From a virus, in the IMG/VR virus record IMGVR_UViG_3300045999_013278, positions 8,698 to 72,697 of that record: a stretch of 64,000 nucleotides of DNA; one strand, 5' to 3'. Numbering within the stretch: position 1 is the first letter of the stretch; every line of letters begins with the position of its first letter. Positions 19,647 through 28,500 of the stretch are shown piece after piece. A program made the translations under genes and the position numbers. The notes below the pieces were generated by a model, which was not told the origin of the DNA, searched no databases, and was given only the letters and a program-made list of their open reading frames with translations.

Positions 19647-19850
19647 TCCTCCTTAACTTAAAAATAAATATTATTTAAACTCAACTCCGGCTTAACTTTA
19701 ATTCAGCCGGGGCAAAAGTCATGATTATATAAATTTAGGGAGAATAAGCCCAAACGCCCGCGCAATAAGGGTTTTGAGTTTTCCTGTTTTAAAAACGCCG
19801 GCGGGCAAATTGTCTTAGGAGTTAGGTTTTGGTTTGTAAAGTTTTATGAA

Positions 19851-19896
19851 GCGTCAGGCAAAATCCCTATTATAAGAAAAAAACCTTGACACCATT
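19851..19896 (+). repeat. GTCA-N30-TGAC dispersed element, copy 2 (downstream of rep; candidate origin)
   Basis: gCGTCAggcaaaatccctattataagaaaaaaacctTGACAccatt. Confidence 0.7.
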
Positions 19897-19933
19897 AATG
19901 ACGCTCACCCGACGGCGTAAAATTTTTAATTAC

Positions 19934-19962
19934 TTGACGACGGTAGATAACTAATGTATAAT
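19934..19962 (+). promoter_or_regulatory. phage early promoter TTGACG-ACGGTA...-TATAAT
   Basis: TTGACG + 17 nt + TATAAT. Confidence 0.8.
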
Positions 19963-19988
19963 AGTTAATAAATCCTACCCTATGATTT

Positions 19989-20141
19989 ATGCTAATGCTA
20001 AAGATTTTTTACTTTTGGCTTATTGCCATTACTTACGGCGTTTCCTATAAGGAAGCTCGGGAAGTGGTTTGGGAAGAATACTCGCGCCCCCAAAATAAAA
20101 CCCCAATTTTAACTTTGTGCAAAAACTTACTTAAAAAATAA
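19989..20141 (+). CDS. small hypothetical protein (50 aa)
   Basis: MLMLKIFYFWLIAITYG...LLKK fills the gap between promoter and recJ. Confidence 0.35.
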   Translation: MLMLKIFYFWLIAITYGVSYKEAREVVWEEYSRPQNKTPILTLCKNLLKK

Positions 20142-20146
20142 AATCC

Positions 20147-21868
20147 ATGCCCCAACCTAAACATAAGTGGTCAATTAAAAACACGCCACCCCGACCTAAT
20201 ACACAATCTCGTTTTTACCATCCTTGCCTTGATGTTTTAGACCAATTAATCCAAAAGCGTAATTTAAGGGATGATTTTATAGATCCTGAGTTAATGCAAC
20301 TCTGTGACCCTCAAGAAGTTTTTACGGACTTGGAAAAAGCGGCCACATTATGCCAATTTGGTATTATGTCCGGTTACAAAATTGGCATAAGCGGTGACTA
20401 CGACGTAGACGGCATGACCTCTACTGCCCTATTACTTAGGACTTTTAAGGAACTTAATGCCACCGCGACTTATGCTATCCCTTCCAGAACAGGCGAGGGT
20501 TATGGATTAAATAACAGAATAGTCGAGGAATTTTATAATGAGGGCTATAAAATCCTTATTACGGTAGACAATGGTACAAGTGCAATAGAGCCTATTAAAC
20601 GGGCTAAGGAATTAGGATTAATAGTAATCATTACCGACCACCACGAACCCAGTTTAACTGGCGAACTGCCTATAGCTGATGCCATCCTTAACCCTAAATT
20701 TGTGCCACAGGACAATGAGTGGTCGCAGGTTTCGGGAGTGGGGATGGCATTTATCCTGGCCATGTCTGTTTTGGAGAGGTTTAATCTTCATGAAAAGTTA
20801 ATGGGAGAGTGCCTAGAGCTTTTAACGCTGGGAACGATCGCTGATATGGTTGCCTTAACTGGAGTAAACCGCCGATGGGTTAAGCGTGGGTTAAAACTTA
20901 TCCCTAATTCCCAAAATTTAGGCATCCAAGCTTTGATGGCGGTCGCAGGGATGGAGTTGGGCGGTAAGGATGGACTAAAGCCAGATGATATAGGATTTAA
21001 ATTAGCCCCAAGAATTAATAGCGTAGGTCGGATTGGCGAACCGCAACAAGTTATTAACCTTCTTTCCTCAACTAATGTTGTTGAGGCTATGGAATTAGCT
21101 CACGAAATAGAAGCTTTAAATGAAGAAAGACAAGGATTGGTTAAAACTTGGGAGCAGATTGTTTTTGATCATATAAATTTACAGCTAGAAGCTGATCCGG
21201 AAAAGTTTGAAAGGGAAAAAGTTATTTACTACTTTGAAAAGGGAATCCATAAAGGGATCGTCGGATTGATTGCCAACAAAGTTGTAGAAAAATATGGTTA
21301 TCCTGCTTTTGTCGGAAGCGTTTCTGAAGAATATAAAATCTCAGGATCGTGTAGAGGCGGAATGTTTTTTGATGTTTTCGCAGCATTAAATTATTGTTCT
21401 GAATATTTAGCTACTTTTGGCGGTCACAAAGCTGCGGGTGGTTTTAGTCTTTGGTGGGATGTTAATAATAACTTCCATGAAAGATTAATTAAATACGCCA
21501 ACTTAGTAAGTAAATCTGAAGAGTTAGGTACAAAATTAGTCTTCGTAGATCACCATTTAGACTTTACTCAAATTTCCCTAAGCACTTTCCAAGAAGTCCA
21601 AGTTTTGCAGCCGTTTGGGATGAAAAATCCTGAGCCAATTTTTTACACCACTAAGGTTAAAGTCTTAAAACAAGATAAGCTTAATTTTCCCGGTGCTGTA
21701 AAATTTACTTTTGAACAGGCGGGGATTAGTGTTAAGGCTATTGGTTGGGATTTTCAGAAATATTTACCACTTCCTTCCGAGGTTGACATAGCCTATAAGT
21801 TGAAAGAAAATTTATGGAATGGTAAAATTACAATAGAATTAAATTTGGAGAGTTTTAAGTCATGTTAA
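20147..21868 (+). CDS. recJ: single-stranded-DNA exonuclease RecJ
   Basis: GDYDVDG, EGYGLN, ITVDNG, TDHH, LGTIAD, PRINSVGR, GGHKAAGG, PFGMKNPEP. Confidence 0.93.
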   Translation: MPQPKHKWSIKNTPPRPNTQSRFYHPCLDVLDQLIQKRNLRDDFIDPELMQLCDPQEVFTDLEKAATLCQFGIMSGYKIGISGDYDVDGMTSTALLLRTFKELNATATYAIPSRTGEGYGLNNRIVEEFYNEGYKILITVDNGTSAIEPIKRAKELGLIVIITDHHEPSLTGELPIADAILNPKFVPQDNEWSQVSGVGMAFILAMSVLERFNLHEKLMGECLELLTLGTIADMVALTGVNRRWVKRGLKLIPNSQNLGIQALMAVAGMELGGKDGLKPDDIGFKLAPRINSVGRIGEPQQVINLLSSTNVVEAMELAHEIEALNEERQGLVKTWEQIVFDHINLQLEADPEKFEREKVIYYFEKGIHKGIVGLIANKVVEKYGYPAFVGSVSEEYKISGSCRGGMFFDVFAALNYCSEYLATFGGHKAAGGFSLWWDVNNNFHERLIKYANLVSKSEELGTKLVFVDHHLDFTQISLSTFQEVQVLQPFGMKNPEPIFYTTKVKVLKQDKLNFPGAVKFTFEQAGISVKAIGWDFQKYLPLPSEVDIAYKLKENLWNGKITIELNLESFKSC

Positions 21869-22119
21869 ATCTAGATATTTGGGTTTTTAATAGAGCTAAA
21901 CTAACCAAGGAACACACAAGTTATTTAGTGGAACATTACAAAAATTTCGTTCCTGTTACTGCAAAACTTTATAACATGACAGAAGTTGAGTTTTTAGAAA
22001 AAGTAGAAGGTGGCGAGATTTATATTAGGGATGTTTTCTTTAAGCTTGCGGCAGATTTAGTGGTGGCTATATTTTTTAATGTTTTTGCTGCATTTTTTAA
22101 GGGAGTGGAAAATAAATAG
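21862..22119 (+). CDS. hypothetical protein
   Basis: overlapping ORF in operon. Confidence 0.55.
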   Translation: MLNLDIWVFNRAKLTKEHTSYLVEHYKNFVPVTAKLYNMTEVEFLEKVEGGEIYIRDVFFKLAADLVVAIFFNVFAAFFKGVENK

Positions 22120-22165
22120 CAAACTATGTCCACGAATTAGCTCAAGAAATAATTAGGTTAAATAA

Positions 22166-23638
22166 ATGCTAAAAACGTACACGGCACAGCACAAACCCAA
22201 TCAGTTAATTTACGGAAGTGGACAAACTGCGGTAATTACGGGATGGGCAGTAAAAGAAACCCTACGCAAGCACTTAAAAGATAATGAATACGCTGTAATT
22301 GGACAGCTATACTCACCTACTAGAGGTATCAACTTACTAATTCGTAATTTGTTACTAAATCCTCATGTGCGGTATTTAGTTATTCTCAACGCTACTAAAG
22401 AAGATAAAAACGCGGGTGCTTGTCAATGTTTAGGTGATTTTTTCCGTTATGGTGTAGAAGCAAGTATTAGTGATACCGGGCGAAAATCTTGGGTAATTCG
22501 TTCTTTAATTCCGGGTTATATTGATATTGATATTGATATCAATGCTTTAGAAAAATTACGGCGTTCTGTAGAAATTCAAGACGCAATATCAATTTCTGAT
22601 GCTGTTGAAAAAATCCAATATTATGGAAATAAAGAAATAGTTGCACCCTGGGGAACACCTGTAGAATTTCCCATGACGACAATTGAACCAACAGTTTTTC
22701 CAGGAACACGATATGGACATAGAATAGAAGGTAAAACCATTGCTGAAACCTGGGTAAAAATCATCCACAGAATTAAAACAACAGGGACAATTAGACCAAC
22801 TGGTTATGATGGAAAATGGCAAGAATTGATAGATTTAATGGCAGTTGTCACCGACGAACCTGATGATTTTTATTTTCCCGAACCTAATTATTTACCAATA
22901 GATAGGAGTTTTTTAGAAGAATATATTTCGCAAATATTAGATGATGCAATTAATCAAGAAGGGGTAAAATACACCTATGGACAAAGGTTGCGTTCTTGGT
23001 TTGGAAGAGATCAAATTGAACAGGTAATTGAAAAATTAATTGGAGAAATTGATGCTGCTAGTGCGGTCATGACTTTATGGGATGTTAAAGATCATGAAAA
23101 AGGTGGTAGTCCGTGTTTAAATCATATTTGGTTAAGAGTAGTTGATAATGAATTATCATTAACTGCTGTTTTGAGAAGTAACGATATGTTTGCAGCTTGG
23201 CCAGCTAATGCTATGGGATTGAGGGCTTTACAAAAACATATTAGAAATGAGATTTGTCAACGTTCTCAATATGATTTGAAACTTGCTCCCTTAATAACCT
23301 TGAGTCAGTCTGCTCATATTTATGATGATACTTGGAGTAATGCGGAACAGCTAATTAAAGAACAATATTCTGCAATTTGTAAAAAATTAGATTATTATGA
23401 TCCTGCGGGTAATTTTTTAATAGAAATAGCAGATGATAAGATAGTTGTTACCCATACAACCCCTGGAAGTGGTGAAATTGTCGGTTGCTATTCTGGGAAA
23501 AATCCTTTGAAAATGATTAAAGAAATTTGTGCTGCATCCCCTTCGGTGTGTCCAGATCATGCAGGATATTTAGGTATGGAATTACAAAAAGCCAGTGAGT
23601 GTTTAACAAACGGTATTGAATACATCCAGGATAGGTGA
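22166..23638 (+). CDS. thyA: thymidylate synthase (long form with extra N- and C-terminal domains)
   Basis: YTYGQRLR, PCL catalytic Cys, RSND...PAN, SAHIY; C-terminal DPAGNF...HAGYLGMELQKA (DUF4346-like). Confidence 0.85.
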   Translation: MLKTYTAQHKPNQLIYGSGQTAVITGWAVKETLRKHLKDNEYAVIGQLYSPTRGINLLIRNLLLNPHVRYLVILNATKEDKNAGACQCLGDFFRYGVEASISDTGRKSWVIRSLIPGYIDIDIDINALEKLRRSVEIQDAISISDAVEKIQYYGNKEIVAPWGTPVEFPMTTIEPTVFPGTRYGHRIEGKTIAETWVKIIHRIKTTGTIRPTGYDGKWQELIDLMAVVTDEPDDFYFPEPNYLPIDRSFLEEYISQILDDAINQEGVKYTYGQRLRSWFGRDQIEQVIEKLIGEIDAASAVMTLWDVKDHEKGGSPCLNHIWLRVVDNELSLTAVLRSNDMFAAWPANAMGLRALQKHIRNEICQRSQYDLKLAPLITLSQSAHIYDDTWSNAEQLIKEQYSAICKKLDYYDPAGNFLIEIADDKIVVTHTTPGSGEIVGCYSGKNPLKMIKEICAASPSVCPDHAGYLGMELQKASECLTNGIEYIQDR

Positions 23639-23641
23639 ATA

Positions 23642-24169
23642 ATGATTACTTACCAAAGACCAACATGGGATGAATATTTCCTCATGTTGGCTAAATTAGC
23701 CGCAACTCGCTCAACTTGTCTTGCTTTTCCAGTTGGTGCTGTAATTGTTAAAAATAAGCAAGTTGTAGCCACAGGTTATAATGGTTCACCGTCAGGCTCG
23801 GCTCATTGTATAACCCAAGGATACTGTTATCCAGGCTTAAATAGCTGTGATGCTAGTAAAATACTACCATCAAGGGCTGTACACGCAGAAGCAAATGCGA
23901 TCGCTCAAGCCTCAAAGTATGGTATATCTACAGATGGATCAAGTATATACGTAACATTAGAACCCTGTTTATCTTGTTTGAAGTTAATTATCTCCGCTGG
24001 AATTAAAGAAGTATTTTATGAAACTTCTTTTAATAGTGGAGAAAAAGCTTTAGTTAGAGATTCTTTTGTTAACGAAGGTTTAGTTACAATTAAGCAAGTT
24101 CAACTTTCTGAAAATATAGCCAAAAAAGCTGCTTCTATCTTTATGGAAGGTGGGTTAAATTATGGCTAG
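23642..24169 (+). CDS. dCMP deaminase
   Basis: RPTWDEYF, RSTC, TGYNG, HAEANA, PCLSC. Confidence 0.93.
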   Translation: MITYQRPTWDEYFLMLAKLAATRSTCLAFPVGAVIVKNKQVVATGYNGSPSGSAHCITQGYCYPGLNSCDASKILPSRAVHAEANAIAQASKYGISTDGSSIYVTLEPCLSCLKLIISAGIKEVFYETSFNSGEKALVRDSFVNEGLVTIKQVQLSENIAKKAASIFMEGGLNYG

Positions 24170-24557
24170 TTGGGTGAGATGGAGTAAAAAGGAAGATGAA
24201 ATATTAGAGGAATATGTAGGATTCCACAGCCCTGAAGACATATCTCTAATATTAAAAAAACAGGGATTTAATAGAACTCCAGAAGCCGTTAGATCAAGGT
24301 TTAAGGTTTTAAAAATATCTTACGCAAGAGAGTTTGATGATCTATCTCTTTCCAGGATAGGAAAATTATTAGGAGTAAGCCGTAGCACAACATCTTCTTG
24401 GCATAGGACAGGAAAAATAAAAGGTAAACCTTTAGGGAAGGGTAGGGAAATTGTTGTAAAATATGAAGAAGTGAGGAATTTTTTAAAGAAATATTCCCAG
24501 AAACTTAAAACTGTTTTAGACAAAGACGGATTAAACTTTTTCTTAGGAGGAGAATAG
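24162..24557 (+). CDS. DNA-binding protein (Myb/SANT-like + helix-turn-helix)
   Basis: RWSKKEDEIL...RTPEAVRSR; LSRIGKLLGVSRSTTSSW HTH. Confidence 0.7.
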   Translation: MASWVRWSKKEDEILEEYVGFHSPEDISLILKKQGFNRTPEAVRSRFKVLKISYAREFDDLSLSRIGKLLGVSRSTTSSWHRTGKIKGKPLGKGREIVVKYEEVRNFLKKYSQKLKTVLDKDGLNFFLGGE

Positions 24558-24563
24558 AACCTT

Positions 24564-24743
24564 ATGCTTTACTTTTACGCTTACCTTATTTTTGGATTAG
24601 GTTTTACTTTCCATGCAGCCTTGAATGATTTTTCTAATTTAATCTCAACCCCGATAAAATCATTCTTCTACCTACTTGCACTCATCGCCTTTTACCCAAT
24701 CTTTGCTATTTACGGGATTTATCTCAGAGTATTCACGCCCTAA
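24564..24743 (+). CDS. small two-TM membrane protein (59 aa)
   Basis: MLYFYAYLIFGLGFTF...FFYLLALIAFYPIFAIYGIYL; AGGAGG upstream; not in ORF track. Confidence 0.5.
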   Translation: MLYFYAYLIFGLGFTFHAALNDFSNLISTPIKSFFYLLALIAFYPIFAIYGIYLRVFTP

Positions 24744-24771
24744 ACCCTTGTTTTTTAACTTTTAACTTACT

Positions 24772-24831
24772 ACTTGACGACGATATAGGAAGTGTGTAAA
24801 AATTCTTTTATATCGTCGTCAAGTTTTTTTT
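24772..24831 (+). promoter_or_regulatory. composite promoter/terminator inverted repeat
   Basis: ACTTGACGACGATATA (24772-24787) and exact complement (24809-24824) followed by T-run. Confidence 0.65.
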
Positions 24832-24834
24832 AAA

Positions 24835-25044
24835 ATGAAAGCCAAAAAAGAGCCTTGGATTATTGTCACAGAAAAGAACGGTAATGTTCATAGATTTAAT
24901 TATTACACCATTTGTAGTTTACACAACATAAAAGAGGATGTGGTTCTTACGCAAACTAATGGGAAGTCACATACATTCGTTGGCGATGCTGCTAAGAGTT
25001 GTTTAGAACAATGGGAAAGAATTGTAAATAAAGAGGAAAATTAA
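24835..25044 (+). CDS. hypothetical protein
   Basis: ORF downstream of promoter motif, converges on gpM. Confidence 0.55.
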   Translation: MKAKKEPWIIVTEKNGNVHRFNYYTICSLHNIKEDVVLTQTNGKSHTFVGDAAKSCLEQWERIVNKEEN

Positions 25045-25382
25045 GGACGAAACTCCTGTTTTAAGCTTAAATTAAGCTCAAAAACGTCATTACCCTTAAA
25101 TATCCAATTCCACTCTAAACAACTCCATAATTGGGAGTTAAAGTTAAATGGCGCACCATTTCTGGAAGTTAAAAACTCTTCAATTTCTTCATAATCATCC
25201 CTTGTTACTGCCATTACTTTAGCTTCTTGCATTTCCCTAACTAAGTTTAGTTGAAAATTAGTCCCCCTTAATTCAGTCCCGCCCTTACGCCTATCTGCGT
25301 TTGTGGCGGGACTTTGCTTTAGGGATAGGGGATTCTCCCAAGTTAAAACAAAACTTTGTGGTGCTGTGGGGTATACTGGCAT
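25041..25382 (-). CDS. minor/distal tail protein (lambda gpM-like)
   Basis: 113 aa just downstream of TMP; EIEEFL...NG.PF.F...W.C..W...L.L.QEF pattern. Confidence 0.75.
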   Translation of the reverse strand: MPVYPTAPQSFVLTWENPLSLKQSPATNADRRKGGTELRGTNFQLNLVREMQEAKVMAVTRDDYEEIEEFLTSRNGAPFNFNSQLWSCLEWNWIFKGNDVFELNLSLKQEFRP

Positions 25383-25405
25383 AAAAGTTAAAATTTAATA
25401 AGGTT

Positions 25406-25558
25406 ATGGACATTAAGAAGAGGAATGAGGAAATTAAGGGGTGCGTAGGATTAATAATTCTAATGGGCTTGGTATTTTTCATTAAAGGTGTTGTAGATGG
25501 GGATATTAACCTCAATCCTCCTACGAGAGTAATCAAGATTGAGGTTAATAAAAGATAA
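25406..25558 (+). CDS. small single-TM protein antisense between TMP and gpM
   Basis: MDIKKRNEEIKGCVGLIILMGLVFFIKGVV...NKR (50 aa), AAGG RBS, exactly fills the gap. Confidence 0.45.
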   Translation: MDIKKRNEEIKGCVGLIILMGLVFFIKGVVDGDINLNPPTRVIKIEVNKR

Positions 25559-25559
25559 A

Positions 25560-28500
25560 TTACCTATCATATAAACCACCTCTATTTAAGCTACCTCCAG
25601 GACGACGCTCTTGCTTGATTGTCTCCTGGATTTTTGCTTCTAAAGCTTTTTCAAACAAGGCTTTGTTAATGTTGCCGTTGCCACCCTCGCTATTATTAAT
25701 GTTCACGTTAGGCGTAATGTTAATCGTATCTCCACTTCTTCCTACGTTATTAATATTCCCTAAACCTTCACCTATCATACCGCCGCTACTGAAACTCTCC
25801 AATTTATTACTACTGTTTAGTTGATTCCATAACTTAGTTTCTTTTGGAGTTAAAACCCGTTCACCTTCGTTAGCGATAATTAAGCGTGGGTTAAACCCAC
25901 TTATCGCCCTTTCCTTGTTTAATAAATCCCCAACCATTCCGCCTTTAGCAAAACTAGGGAGCGTAGCTGAACCAAAGTCTAATCCGCCGTCTAAACCACC
26001 TAAGCTAAAACCATCGCTAAAGTCAAATGCTCCGCTAGAACTAAATGGGATTGCGCTACTGCCTTCGAGTATTCCAAAACTACTCTCTCCAAACGCTCCA
26101 AAAATACTATCTAGCACTCCGCCATCTTTGCTACCTGCGCCCATAATATTTTGCAAGACTAAAGCCGCTTGTTGTAGCATTGTAGCGGACACACTTAGAT
26201 TAGCTCCCGCGTTATTTAAAGCGATCGCGCCCACGTCTTTAGCTTTATTGCCAAAAATAATTTCAGTTAATTTACCAAATAGTTGGTTAGACAGTTCCTT
26301 ACTTGCAACAGCAGCTAAATTGCTTAAAATACTTTTTGCAATCTCGCTAAAAGCATCGACTATACTTCTTTTACTCAACTCCGTCTTTTTCTTTTCTAAG
26401 TCTCTCTGCGCTCTATCTAATTCTTTTAGTTGTTTGTTATTGCCAGAATTTTGGTATGCGTTTCTTACTTCCTGAATATTACCGGACGTATTCATTATAA
26501 TGTCGCGGCGTTTCTTAGCAATCTCATCTAGGGATTTATTAATATCCTGTAAATCGCCAGCGTTTTTATTAACAGAGTCGTTCATGAAAAATCCCTTTAG
26601 GATATTGTCAAAATCTCCTTTAATTCCGCTAATAGCCTCGGTGAACATATTAAATTCTTTCGCAACATTGTCTAGTTTTAACTCGTTTAGCTTAAGTAAA
26701 TTTTCACTAAGTACAGATATTTCTTCTGCTGAATAATTACTTGATAATCCTAGTTTAGCTATTTCGTTTTTTTCCTTCTCAAAATCCATCTTAATTTGTG
26801 ATAAAAGCTGTGCTTTTTGCAATTCCTTGTCTCTAACTCCGAACAAACCCCGACCTCTTATTATCTCGGAAGAAATTGCACTACCGGATGAATTTAATTT
26901 TTCCATCCTGCCGAGTTCAATGCCTCTATTTGTAATCGGCGCGAGCTTAGTTTGGTAAGAATTTTCTGCGTCAAGGTTAGATTTTTCTTTTCCGTAATTA
27001 CGGAAAGCTTTTAGTCGTTCTATTAATTTTTCTTGTGGACTAAGTAAGGCGTTACCTTGAATTTCCAATAATTGTTTCTTGTAAGCATTAGTTAGCTCGT
27101 TAGTTTTTATTGTTAATTCATTGGTTAAGCTGACTAAACTAACCATCCCATCCTTATTGTCAATCGCAAACCGTTCATTGTCTAGTTGCAATGATTTCAT
27201 TTGCGAGGCTTGGATAGTTTGCGATTTAGTTAATTCAATGCCTCTATTTGTAATCGGGGCGAGCTTAGTTTGGTAAGAATTTTCTGCGTCAAGGTTAGAT
27301 TTTTCTTTTCCGTAATTACGGAAAGCTTTTTGTCGTTCTATTAATTTTTCTTGTGGACTAAGTAAGGCGTTACCTTGAATTTCCAATAATTGTTTCTTGT
27401 AAGCATTAGTTAGCTCGTTAGTTTTTATTGTTAATTCATTGGTTAAGCTGACTAAACTAACCATCCCATCCTTATTGTCAATCGCAAACCGTTCATTGTC
27501 TAGTTGCAATGATTTCATTTGCGAGGCTTGGATAGTTTGCGATTTAGTTAATTCGTCGTTAGCTTGCTTAATTCGCTTAACTGTATCGGCATAATTAAAG
27601 TTAAGATCAACGCCCTCTCTTTTAACAGAATTAACATTGAGAATGGCTTTAAATTCCTTCTGAAAAGCTGCTTCACTCATGTTACCGCCCTTACCTCCGC
27701 CATCATAATAACGTCTTTGGAGGTCTAGTAATTGTTGGTATTGGTCACGGGTTAATTCTAGTAAGCTAATATTTCTTTGAAGTGATGGAATTTTTAAAAC
27801 CAACGGATTTAGCGGGTCAATTTCCTCAAGTTTTTGAACTAACTGTAACTGTTGTTGTAGTTGTTCAATAACTTTTGATTGTTGCGATATATCCTGCTCG
27901 CTTAATCTGAAAAACTCTTTTTTGTCAAAATCTTTCATTGACGCTTTGAGGATGCTATCAATATTGGATTTTAAAAATTTCAAGCTATTTTTAGCTTCTG
28001 CATTTTTAAAAGCTGTAGCTTTAAAACTTAGATCGTTTGTCTGGATTGCGGCTGCGGCTAATCTCGGATCATTAGGAAATCTCTTCATTGCCAGATTAAA
28101 TGCGGCTTGTAAGTCCGGTTTTTGCGCGATCGCTCCATCCGTTTCTCTAACAATTTGCTCTAACAACTCAACATCTTTCTCTAATTTGCGGCGTAATTCA
28201 TTAAATTGGAGACTAAACATATCCGCATTACTCATGGTAGGAGATAAACCTTTTAACACCGTTATTCTAGTCCCTAGAGTAGAATCTTTCGTACTGCTGA
28301 TGTCTCCTATCGCGGTTTTTTGAGAGGACATAATAAGCCTGTAAGCCTCTAGCCTTTGTTTTAGCTCATTTTCTCTGATTTGTTCAGGATTTAGGTTGCT
28401 GTTAGTTTGATTAGTTTGATATTGTTGGGCAGCGGTGTTTAATTTAAGTCTACTAGCTTGTGTTACCACTTCCTGCATTTGGTTGGGTTGAATACTTCCG

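Noticed and set aside
22166-23638. dCMP hydroxymethylase / DNA hypermodification system
   Set aside because: The dUMP-specifying Asn is retained and no glycosyltransferase or other modification genes are seen nearby.
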